A stretch of DNA of 64,000 bases, taken from positions 1,054,001 to 1,118,000 of the forward strand of contig JAMWBK010000004.1 of assembly GCA_029953675.1 (NCBI GenBank), given 5' to 3'. This document shows, in pieces, positions 21,364-32,033 of the stretch (its first letter is position 1; each line of letters starts with the position of its first letter). The notes under the pieces are model-generated. The model was given only the letters and a program-made list of their open reading frames with translations, had not been told where the DNA came from and did no database searches. A program made the position numbers and the translations under genes. This DNA comes from Rhodosorus marinus CCMP1338 (Eukaryota; Plantae; Rhodophyta).

Positions 21364-21945
21364 CTATAATATGTTGCAGAAATAAGCTATAGAGCAGATT
21401 TGTCGGAATGGTTTCTTCGCATCGGGCGTTCTGCAGCTAGAGTTTGCATTCTCCTGTGTCATATACACTCGCTCAGGCGCCCCACCGTTCACACTGACCA
21501 CGGCAAATGCGTATAGGTCGAAGGTGGGGTATCCACAGCACGATGCGAGCTGTTGCACCTTGATCCTTCTGGGACAAATGGTTATATCGGCACTGTGAAC
21601 CGTCTTTCCCTCGACCTGAGGAACACGCTTCTTCCGTGGGAATCTGTCCTTGCCAGTAGGCGTTCTCCGATCTGAAACAGGGAAGAGTCCTGCCCTGAGC
21701 TTCAGGAGACCGACCTCTTCCAATGTTGTAAATGTCCCTAAATAACAGTGTCTGTTCGCTCGGCTGACGTCCATAGACCACACTATCCTCCCGCGTAGTA
21801 GCCCGTCAGCGTCCACGAGCTCCGCGTTCGAAGCACTGGCAAAAAATTTCTTGAACCTGGGCTCATCAGAGCATGGAAGTAGTTCGGAACTGACAAGACC
21901 CAGCAGCGCCAGGCTGAACACAACAAACGTGACGGCTCTCACCAT
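21364..21945 (-). CDS. Secreted Cys-rich protein of unknown function, about 193 aa; paralogue of the N-terminal domain of 28340-29725
   Basis: First ATG at 21945 gives MVRAVTFVVFSLALLGLVSS (signal peptide). Intact ORF with conserved Cys spacing shared with the 28.3-kb gene. Confidence 0.75.
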   Translation of the reverse strand: MVRAVTFVVFSLALLGLVSSELLPCSDEPRFKKFFASASNAELVDADGLLRGRIVWSMDVSRANRHCYLGTFTTLEEVGLLKLRAGLFPVSDRRTPTGKDRFPRKKRVPQVEGKTVHSADITICPRRIKVQQLASCCGYPTFDLYAFAVVSVNGGAPERVYMTQENANSSCRTPDAKKPFRQICSIAYFCNIL

Positions 21946-22146
21946 CTTACCTCTGCACTCAACCACTCCCTGCGAGTCCTACTCCTCCTTATCGACGAAC
22001 ACAAAAGCCACAGCTAAAAATATTTGCTGCCAAGCTCTGTCAACCTCACTACACCATCTGAGACCTAGAGCATATGTATTTATAGCCAACTGGGCCAGCT
22101 TGTCAAAGCGCACCTGAAGATATCCAGAGAGTACACGTAAGAATTT

Positions 22147-22235
22147 TGCACGCTTCCCTACCTAGTTCTTAGTTCCTTTTCACGGTTTGCGTAGCGCTGT
22201 AGGCTATGCTAATAAAACCAGAATAAGTAAAGCGA
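22147..22235 (+). mobile_element. Solo family B 3' UTR/tail fragment
   Basis: TGCACGCTTCCCTACCTAGTTCTTAG..GCTATGCTAATAAAACCAG, near-identical to 19725-19800. Confidence 0.85.
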
Positions 22236-23109
22236 CCACCAATACCAATGAAACCCACAAAAAAAAACAGATTGTTCCTGGGTGAAAGGAACCAAGCGTG
22301 CTAGTGGTGTGCTCGGGAGTAGGTAGCAGGCGAATAACGGCTGCCGGGCATGGTCGTGTCCGTCGCAAGCGCCAATAACCCGGCCTCCAACTATCACTTA
22401 ATGGTCAGTCAAACGGATTTTCACTAAGGATACAGAGCTTTTCGTCAAAGTGAGCAATCCTTATATCTATCTAAGCGAAGTAGCACTGTAAGTTGCACAC
22501 AACGGTAGGAAACACCTAGTAACCCACAGGGGACGAGCATAGGGGAAGTAAAACTATCAACTGTTTGGGAGCCGTCAGCCGGCACTTGGCGCTCACGGAA
22601 CAGTCATTCATCGAAGCCAACGGGAGCTAAACGATTTTGATTAATTAACGAGATCTTCGCAAAGCTTCCATATTTCAGAAGAAAATACGCTGTGTACCGT
22701 ACATACCGCGGACATGGGAGAATACTGGTGGTTTGCTGAACCAATCGGCGTGAACAAAAAAACAATGTTGGCGTCACTAAATACGGACGAGAGAAATCAG
22801 CCCTACCTCCCCCCTCCTCCCCTACCCCCCAACTTCCTCCCTCTTCAGCCGTTTTAGTGAAATATAAGCCAGTGAAATCTATGATGATTCTGAAGCATCA
22901 CCGTTTTATTAGAGACAGGAAGAGGAAGGGGGAAAAGCCCAAAGTTTTTGATGCAGCAGTCGTTGTAGCGCCGAAGCATGGCATACTTAGAGTTCTCGGT
23001 GGGATGACAAGTTGTGCTATATAAGACTAAAAACATCGTTGGGAAAGAAAGACTACTGACGCCTACACGACATCCCGCCTCTCCAACGGACAAAAAAAGG
23101 AAAAAAAGA

Positions 23110-23336
23110 AAGAAAGACGTTGGGAAACAAGGGTTGCTGACGTCGTAATATGAATGAACGTTGTAGCCTGGCGTCGTTCTAACAGCAAATAAAGCCAGAC
23201 AAACAAGAAAGACAAAAAAGACGTTGGGAAACAAGGGTTGCTGACGTCGTACATGAATGAACGTTGCAGCCTGGCGTCGTTCTAACAGCTAACAAAGCCA
23301 GACAAACAAGAAAGACAAAAAAGGACGTTGGGAAAC
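23110..23336. repeat. 104-bp tandem repeat, two units plus a partial third
   Basis: ACGTTGGGAAAC recurs at 23117, 23221 and 23325; the units are near-identical. Confidence 0.85.
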
Positions 23337-23539
23337 GGTTGGACTCCTACTTCACGATGGATGCCACTTCTGTGCTTTATTTGCGAGGGGGTCCCTGCCC
23401 GGGAAAATCTGGCGTTTCCTAGGTGTCGTGGTCCGGAGGGGGGGTTTACTGTTTCCGTTGGGTGCGCCAGAGAGGTGTGGTATTCGTTTATTCTGTATTA
23501 CGGGTTCTAACTTGGTTGGTTCTGCTATTCGACAAAAGT

Positions 23540-23795
23540 AAGCCAACTGTATCTGAAAAGTCAAGCTTTGAGTGGCTGCGTAAGTATTTTACCGAACATC
23601 CTGAAGAATTTCTGGTGCTCCTCCACCGCCCTTCAAGTATCGCTCTCTGGCGGTATTCTAGCAACATGCTCGCCGAGGGGCGCGCGCCGCCGCCTGATCT
23701 TACATGCTCTTCTCCCTAGTCCCTAGTTTCCTTTTACGTCGTGCGTAGCGCACATAACTATGTTAATAAAGATTATCAAAGCCCATTGGAGTATT
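23540..23795 (+). mobile_element. Diverged family B 3' fragment
   Basis: KSSFEWLRKYFTEHPEEFL..LWRYSSNML; ends CTATGTTAATAAAG..AAAGCCC. Confidence 0.75.
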
Positions 23796-24299
23796 CGTGA
23801 GGGTGTCCGGTGCCAGTTTTCGGTTGTTTTGCGTGGCAAGTGGGTTCTTCGGTGGGAGGCGCTTCTCTCTGCTGCCTTTCCCCCCGTTTTTTCGGGTTTT
23901 GTTGTTGGTAGTCGGGTCATTCACCTTTTCGTTGTTGGGTCGTGACGGGAATTTTGCTCCTGTGGAGTTGAGTGGTGTGTGTTTTCGGCGGGGGAATTGG
24001 TGGTTAAAGTATCGTCATTAAATTCTCTCGTAATGGTAGGGGTAAGAGTGGTGGGGAAGGGGAGGAAAATGAGGGCAAGTCAGTGGAGAACGCCCCTATT
24101 ACTTTGTTGAAGCCCGAGGGAGCTATACCTTGAGCCTCGCGGAGTGGGTGGCTGACAACTCTGGTGAGGTTAGGCGGAAAACGTGCTAGGACCGACTCCC
24201 CCGGGTCTAAGGGGGAGAAACAGGATTAGCTCCCCGCGTACGGCTATGAGGTCGCAGCCGATGGTTTTGCAGTCTTATGTCATGAAGGAGGGCGGAGAC

Positions 24300-27200
24300 T
24301 GGGGCGTTTGGAGTACGCGTTTATGAAGTTGGCTCCGGCATTGGATCTCTTTGGAAGGAGCCTTCCTTCCCCTCCGTGGCAGAATTCCGCCTGTCGTCCT
24401 ACCTCGTGGCGAGCTCTTAGTGGCTGGGACCATCCTGGACTTCATCTTCACGAGGCTGGCGAGTAACCTTCGGGACACCGTCATGTGGGAATTTCTGGGG
24501 GTCATGCCGCGCCTGAGTCTGCCCCAACTCACACGCCGGAGCGCAGATGGCGTGTCCGAGATCGGCTTGCCATGTTCCTGAAAGGGGAATTCGAGGTGTT
24601 ACAGGAAAGCTACTTGGCGTCGTGGGAACCATCCGTTGGTCGGACCCGGGCGGAACCGTCTCGCCCCTGACGGCTCGAGTGCAGAAATTGGTAGCGGTGG
24701 GCGACTTGAGTCGAGCGGCGCGAGTTCTGGAGGGCCAGGCGCCTGCCCTCCCCTACGAAGAAAATCTCGCCCAGACGGTGTCATCTTTGTTCCCCTCGTC
24801 CGACGCGGACTTGCTACCCGAATTCGAAGCATTCTTGGACCGTCCGGAGTTGGCCCGGTTTCAAATCGACCTGAGTCTCAACGAGTCTGATCTGGAGGAT
24901 TTGCTTCGTACCTCGCGTCGTGGACGCTGTGCTGGACCCTCAGGGCTTCGAACCGAGTTATTGCAGGCCTTGGGCAAGCCTGGCCGGAGCGCGCTGCTCA
25001 AGATCCTGAACAAACTGTTCCAGGGCACATCGGGTGCGTCTGCCCCTTGGGAACAGCTCCGAAGGGCACAAGTTTGCTTGCTCACGAAGCCTGGCCATCA
25101 TCCGGCCCACCCGCGTCTCCGGCTGATCGGTATGGTCGAGAGCCCACGGAAGCTAGCCGGAAGCTGGCTATGCCAGCGCCTTCGCCAGTGGTTCACGGCT
25201 TTCATGGCGCCCTTGCAAAGTGGGGGTGGGATTTTCGGGGGGTTGCGAATTGATCACCCATGGGATCGAGCTGGAGCGTGCCTGTAGACCGGACTGGGGA
25301 GTTTTGGTGGTTGATTTTCGAAACGCATTCAACAGCGTCTCGCGGACGCATGCGTTAGAGGTGATCCGACGGGTTTTTCCGGAGGCGTGGCCCTTCCTCT
25401 CTGGTCTTTACGGAAGGGGGAGCCTCCCCTACTGCACCAGGGAGGGCACTGTTTTCCAAGCACATACTGGAGTCCAACAAGGCGATCCTTGTGGGCCTCT
25501 AATGCATGCCTGTGCCTTGCACCTCGTTCTCCTGCGTCTCGCGACTGAGGTACCGGCTCTTCGTATCTACGCCTATCACGACCACGTGATCTTGCTGGGC
25601 GCCCCTGAAACCCTGGCTCGGGGTTTGACCCCAGATCGAAGCGATTGCACGTGGAGTAGGTCTGACGGTGGAACCTGAAAAGTGTCGTTTTCTCGCTCCA
25701 AGTGAAGTTTCAATGGCCTTTCTGCCATCTACTCTACGAACCATAGGCGAACGTGAAGGGTTGGAGCACCACGGTGTCGGTTTCGGGAGCAACAACTTCG
25801 TCCAAGTCTCTTGCGAACGAGTTTTGACTCGGCACAAGCAGCTCACTGACGCCATTGAGCGCCTTCCAGACAGCATGCCGCAATCGGCCTGCTTCCTTTC
25901 CCACTTTTGTGCCGGTCCCCGACTCAACTACTAGTTGCGTAGCCTACCACTCGACGGGGGTTCGTGGATCGCCGCCAAGCCGACGAGATGAGGCTGAACC
26001 ACTGGGGCACGCTCTTGGATGAACCCCTCGATCTTGAAGCGGCTCCCGACAGGGACTTAATTCGTGCCAAGCTCGCTCTACCGTTGCGCTTAGGGGGATT
26101 TGGTGTCGGTCGCAGATCGGGGACTCGTGTGCTCGCCTGGGGGCGGTCGCCTCCTGGGCAATCGCGCTCCGTACCTTGGTGACTTTCCGGATACAAAGTG
26201 CCTGCCTTTTGGCTCGAGCACTGACTAGCGAGGACCCAGTGACCCTTCCGCCCCAGCTTTTGACTATCTATGATGGTCTACAACAGGCGTTCCGGAAGTG
26301 CAACGCCGTGCCGGACGAGAATCGATCCCGTTTTCGATCCTGGCGGGAACTGCTATGGGGACGAACTGAGGCGATTGAGGACTCACCCATTGACAGAGTT
26401 CTTGCCGATGAGGTAGAAGCTAGCCCCGGGTCACCTGTTGCAGATTACCCAGGTCTGAGCCGATTGTCGAGCTCCCGCACTGGTGTGATTCAACCTAGCC
26501 TCACCTGGGGCCAACACAGTGCCGCTCACGCAATCTTGCTCAACACTCCCCTCACACCGCCTACCACCGCCGCTCGCCTTCGCGGCATGGGAGGCCATCT
26601 CTCGTACCTGTGGTTATCCACTCTGCCTTCGTCGCCGGGTCACCGTCTAGATGCCTTCCAGTTCCGCTCTGCCGCACGGATCTACTTAGGTTTGCCACAA
26701 GCCCCGTGGCACTCTAATCGGCCGTCTTTCTGTCAGGGATGTGAGAGTCGGATTGACGCTAGTGGCTACCACTTCTTGGGTTCATGCCGACTGTTACGAG
26801 GTCTCCGCACGAGGCGCCACACTCGTCTCAAGTACATCCTAACCGAATGTTTAACTCGGGTAGGGCATGCGGTTGAGGTGGAATCGGAACTACCCAGATC
26901 GGTCTCGGACACGGCGCCGGCCCGCTGTATCGCAGATCTTCTTGTCTGAGACCCTGCCGCCCGACGCTCAGCATATGTTGACCTCGCGATTACATGCCCT
27001 GTGGCGAGCGCCCACCTCACGGCTGCCGCCCGAGGCCGAGGGGCAGCCGCTTCGGCTCTTCGATGAGTGAAGGAACGACGGTATGCCGAGAGCATGGCCA
27101 GTCTGCCCTACGCCGAGGGTCGCTCCCGCCGGTTCCATCCTTTCATTGTGGAAAGCTTTGGTCATTTGGATAAGTCGGGTTTAGAGTGGTTGCGTAAATG

Positions 27201-27540
27201 TTTCGCTGAGCATCCTACTGAGTACTTGGAGCTTTTACGGCGTTTGAGTGCCGCCCTGTGGCGATATTCTAGCAGTATGCTTGACGAGGCGCGCCATCGG
27301 CGCATGGGTTTGCACGCTTCCCTCCCTAGTTCTTAGTTCTTTTTTCACGCCTTGCGTAGGCTTCAGGCTATGTTAATAAAGCCCAGTAAAGCCCTGGAAT
27401 AAAACCAATAAAGCCCAATAAAGCCCAATAAAGCCCAGTGAAGCCCAGTAAAGCGCAATAAAGCCAATAAAGCCGGTAAAGCCCAGTAAAGCCCAATAAA
27501 GCCAAAAAACCAATAAAACCAATGAAAACAAAAAAAAGCC
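24300..27540 (+). mobile_element. Longest family B CRE-like element (pre-RT, RT, zinc knuckle, RLE, tail), multiply frameshifted
   Basis: WEFLGVMPRLSL, RVQKLVAVGDLSRAARVL, GPSGLRTELL, NAFNSVSR, GVQQGDP, AYHDH, LPLRLGGFG, CQGC..HFLGSC, RCIADLL, PFIVESFG. The 5' boundary is uncertain. Confidence 0.88.
27375..27540 (+). repeat. About 17 degenerate 8-11-nt repeats (AATAAAGCCC/AGTAAAGCCC) forming the 3' tail of the family B element
   Basis: Read directly from the sequence; the units become more A-rich distally. Confidence 0.9.
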
Positions 27541-28339
27541 GTTTGGAGATTGAAATGTTTTGTTGCATTTCATTCTCCCAACGTCTTTTTTTTCTTCAAT
27601 CTACGAAAATACGTTTTCAAACAAATGAATTGGAAACAAAAAGGAAAAAAGCCAAAAGCCGTTGAGAGTTCCCAAAGGGTTTGTTCGCTCAGCGGCGGGG
27701 GAGGACAAACCTTTTGGAACTCGTCCGTGCACCCGGGCACGGAAGTCTTTCGCATGCCATAGAGGGTGGAGATATCATACATTCGGACATCTTCGGCCCA
27801 GTGACCACGAACGCCAAATAGTCTTCCCCAGCCTCCGAAAACAAATACATGCATTTTAAGCAAAAAAAAAAAAACATAAAGGAAAAAGCAGAGGCAGCGC
27901 ACATGAGAGTTGGCCCGACCGCGAGGGGGTGGGGTGGGGGTTAGAGGGAAGGCTGTTCCTGGAAGTGGTTGTGGAGCGAACGGGAAACAAGCCGTAACCT
28001 CTAAAAATAGTCAAACTGTGCACCAATAGTCTTATAGGGGGAGGGAGGGTGAGGTGAGGGACCTCAAACCAAGTACATGAATGGTGTTTCTTGCTATCGT
28101 TCGTATCCGTGGTTTTGCAAATCCGGCCTTTGGCGCTACTCAGATCGTAAGTCATTGGACGACACACAAACCCCAGCGTCACAGTTGATCTGATGCTATG
28201 GGTAGAGGCTTCAGTAGGAAGATACACGGAAGGGTATAAATATCACCTGGGATGTTGATTTGCGGGCGGAGGGACTGGGGAGGTAGCAACTGTGCGGTGG
28301 ACTGTCATCATATTTTGGGGTGTATTTGAAAGAATATTC

Positions 28340-29725
28340 ATGAAGCACGGTTTGGTAGTGATCCTGCTTGCCGGGATTTTCGGCTTGACGGTTGGCGATG
28401 ATGCCACATGCGCAACTTTTTTTAATCCGCTCGTTTCATACTACACGATTTCTCCCTCGTGCTATACACTGGAAGTTGAAGATGAAACGGTGGGAACCGT
28501 AAGCAATAGCGATGTCGTGAAGACGCAGGGACCGAACAAGGGAGAGACGTGTATCAGGTTCACTTTTGTCGTGCGCAATGGACTAGGGATTAGACGAGCC
28601 AAACTCGGGCTATGGCTTCGAGACATTCCTCTCGATCAAGCTCGGTTCACTCGTAAGAGGAAGTTTCTAGACAGTGAGCCGAACACGGTGAGAGTAGATG
28701 CATGCCTGGACGATATCCAGACAGAAGGTGACTGCTGCAGTGAAGAAAGTAGCACACCGTTGCTCGTGGTTGAGGCGAAGGTTCGCATGGAGGACGGCAA
28801 AGTGCGTACTGCTCGACTGGTTGGGAATGATGGCGCACCAGTAAGACAGCAGGTCTCGGATCCTCCACTGGCAACGTCGGACATAACCTGCCGGCCCCAA
28901 GCTCTATCTCCAAGTCTTCTGTGCGATCGCGTTAGTGACCAGGATGGGATCCCATTCTGGGCATGCAGGGTCGCACTTTCATGCCTTGTCGTCGGCAGCC
29001 CACCGGAGTTTGGCGGCATCAACCGAATCGATAAATTTGCAGGAACAGTTCAAGTGGTGATTGTACCGGCCGAAACGGAGTTTGAACCGGGAGCGATTGA
29101 GCTGACTCTTTACGAACCAATGATACCCCTGCGAACCTCGGGGAACTCTATCCGTGCAAACGCGAATACAGTGGTCCGTCGGCCTGCAGCGTCTGTGCAA
29201 GATTTTGGATCATTCTCCATTGTGACATTTGCGGTGCCAGAGCTCGCTGAATTGTTTATAGTCGCTTTTACCGTGGAGTTCGCTTTTACGCCACCCTTGA
29301 GGTATTCAGTGAGGGCCCAAGAGAAACAACGAGATCTAGTAGAATTTATCAGTTTCTTCACGGGCCAGGTTGTTGCGAATTCTGGCCCATACAAAGGACT
29401 GCAGGCAACCGATTCCTATTTTGGCGGGCCACTTGAGCCCCCTGGGCTACTTGAGGACGTGACAGTTGTGGGACGGATCGGCAGCGTTGTTTGCGGGTAT
29501 TGCTTCAATTCAAATCTGCCACCGAGAGGAGAATGGGAAGTCTTGCAATCCGGCCAACCGGAGGGCCTAAATGAAGGCCAGTTCTCAGCTGAATTGGCAC
29601 GCCAACCCGGCCGTTGTATCTTTGACGCCCAAATAGGGAGTTTCGGATCGGTGTGTGGCCCACCTGGAGCCCTAGGGGTAGGCGAACGTTCGGCTCGTTC
29701 TTATATCAATTGCTTCCCTTTCTAA
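28340..29725 (+). CDS. Secreted Cys-rich two-domain protein of unknown function, about 461 aa
   Basis: First ATG at 28340 gives MKHGLVVILLAGIFGLTVG (signal peptide). Long intact ORF with an upstream TATAAATA at about 28235. Confidence 0.78.
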   Translation: MKHGLVVILLAGIFGLTVGDDATCATFFNPLVSYYTISPSCYTLEVEDETVGTVSNSDVVKTQGPNKGETCIRFTFVVRNGLGIRRAKLGLWLRDIPLDQARFTRKRKFLDSEPNTVRVDACLDDIQTEGDCCSEESSTPLLVVEAKVRMEDGKVRTARLVGNDGAPVRQQVSDPPLATSDITCRPQALSPSLLCDRVSDQDGIPFWACRVALSCLVVGSPPEFGGINRIDKFAGTVQVVIVPAETEFEPGAIELTLYEPMIPLRTSGNSIRANANTVVRRPAASVQDFGSFSIVTFAVPELAELFIVAFTVEFAFTPPLRYSVRAQEKQRDLVEFISFFTGQVVANSGPYKGLQATDSYFGGPLEPPGLLEDVTVVGRIGSVVCGYCFNSNLPPRGEWEVLQSGQPEGLNEGQFSAELARQPGRCIFDAQIGSFGSVCGPPGALGVGERSARSYINCFPF

Positions 29726-30137
29726 TCGAGACTCTTACAAAATCTCCCATCTTGCCTGCATAGATCCTCCAATACCAAGATATCGTCAAAGGACAGGTTG
29801 TGTGTAAATGCACCCAGCCAACACCCCCCCCGACACCGTAAAGTAGGTGGGCAGCAACGGGGAGGGAAAGCCGATCCAATCCTGCCGGATAATCTTGTAA
29901 AACTGTCTTGGGCTTGCTTTCCAATCTCGTATCAGAAATAGTGCTGATTGTGTTGCCGCTCGGTGTCTTGAGTAGGTCTGGATAAAAACTCGTACCGGCT
30001 CCCATTTCAAGTTATAAGTCATTGCGTTTTCAGCACAGGCGCGCACCGTTTGTGTTACCCCGTTTTACGACTGATCTGCACCTATCGAATGCTCCGTTGA
30101 AGCATCACGTAAACACCCCGTAAACACCCTCTGTGTT

Positions 30138-30235
30138 TAGAATGAATTTGTTTAATCGGAGACTGAAAGAAAAACAACACCGAGGGTCAAAAAAGAATAG
30201 GCGCCGCGCTATGACGCTGTGCGGTACTCTTCCAA
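30138..30235 (-). mobile_element. Diverged family A 3' UTR fragment
   Basis: GAATGAATTTGTTTAATCGGAGACTGAAAG is the reverse complement of the A-type end. Confidence 0.65.
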
Positions 30236-31526
30236 CACTGATTCAAACCAGGTCCCAAGGAGAGAGCCTTCTGCGTGAAAGAGCAAACGTAGCGGTGAAG
30301 AAAGATCATCGGAGCGTGGAATCACAGGTTGCCGCTGCTGGAGGATACCGGCTGTTCGCCGCAGATCACCGCCTGACACCACGTGACGCGCCCGATTCTG
30401 TCGAGAAGACCTGAAAGCTCAGGGGGCACAACGAGAATAGGAAGAGAGAGAAGCGAAATGGAGACGTTCGAGGTCCTCAAAGTTGCCGGAAAGGAACATT
30501 TGCAATTTTCGGCGAGGGCGGACCCGGCGAGGACGCGGATTGAGGGGGACGGTAGAGGAGGTGAGCACGCGCGGCGGGGAAAAAAAACAAGAGTTCCCGT
30601 CGAAGAGAGCAGTGAGGGTTCGCAGCGACCTCCTGCCAGAGAAAATCCAACACCAATCCCGGGGGCATATGAAGACGACGAGGGAGCCGGACGGCCGTGC
30701 TCTGACGACAAAGGGGAAGGGAACCGTCCGGGTAGGAGGCGACGAGGTGCAAAAATCACGAGGGACGACGCTTATGCCAGGCTGAGCGGCCACTGGTAAA
30801 CAAGTGTAACCGGGACGACACGCGCTCGGAGGAGGAAGACTCTGACATCGGGCCTCCACCCAGTCGGGAAGGCAGATTGAATATCCCGAGGAGGTGCCTC
30901 GGAGGGAGGCTCAGGAGCCGCACGACACTTACGTAGGGGGCGCACAAAGGAACTAAAAGACATGAAGAAGGTAGACACAGGGTTTTCAGTAGCGGAATCT
31001 CGACTGACGGTGTTCACAGCCAGCGGGTTGGGAGAGACCGATGGTGCTTCTGCCATGTCAGTTTCACGAGCTTCGGATGGCAGGGCGAGGAGAGGAAGGG
31101 CCCTCAAGAGTCGGCGGCAGAAGGTCAACGGCAGGGTGGGCTTCCCGCAGGGCCGCCTCGGTGGAGAGGAAGGCCTCTAGCGCGGTGCGGAGGACCCGGC
31201 GAGGAGGAAAACGCGCGAAGAGGCTCGCCTGTATGGGTGAGAACCGTGCCGTATGAGTGTATAGGGCGCGACAACCGAAGCCTGTGAGGCATCCAGGTTT
31301 TTCAGGGCCCAGGGGGGAACCCAGCCGGCGTCAAAACGATCGAATTCGACAAACAAAGACACATGAGGACGAGTTAGGATCATGTTGGCTTGAGCAGGGC
31401 GCTGGAGCGCGAGGGTGGTCACAAGCGAGTGGAGGAACTGGTAAGCCGAGTGAGTAACAAGAACACCTGCGGAAGGATCATTCACAAAAAGAGTCGAGGA
31501 GCCTGGAAGGGTTTTCTTCAACACAT

Positions 31527-32033
31527 CCCCTGAATACGCTGTTCCAGGGTGCAGGGGGTGCGTCTGCCCCTTGGGACCATCTGCGACGGGCACAGCTTTG
31601 CTTGTTAACGAAACCCGACCAAGAGCCGGCACACCCGCGTCTCCGGCCGATCGACATGGTTGAGAGTCTACGGAAACTCCCGGGGAGGTGGCTATGCCAG
31701 CGCCTACGCCAGCGAGTCACCGCCTTTATGGCGCCTTGGCAGGTAGAGGTGGGATTTTCCGGGGGTTGCGAACTAATCACCCATACGATCGAGCTCGAGC
31801 GAGCCAGTAGGCCTGATTGGGGCGTTTTGGTAGTTGACTTCCGTAACGCGTTCAACAGCGTCTCGCGGACGCATGCTTTGGAGGTGATTCGCACGATATT
31901 CCCGGAGGCGTGGCCGTTCCTATCCGGTATTTACGGAGGAGGGAGCCTCTCTTACTTGACAACGCAGGGCTCTGTTTTTGCAGCACGTAATGGCGTTCAA
32001 CAGGGTGATCCTTGTTGGCCGGTACTTCACGCG
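31527..32033 (+). mobile_element. Family B internal RT fragment lacking both ends
   Basis: RLRPIDMVESLRKL..VDFRNAFNSVSR..GVQQGDP, ending abruptly. Confidence 0.85.

Noticed and set aside
27368-27573. Hydrophobic ORFs on the minus strand (GFIGFIGLYWALL...)
   Set aside because: They are translation artefacts of the 10-nt tail repeat.
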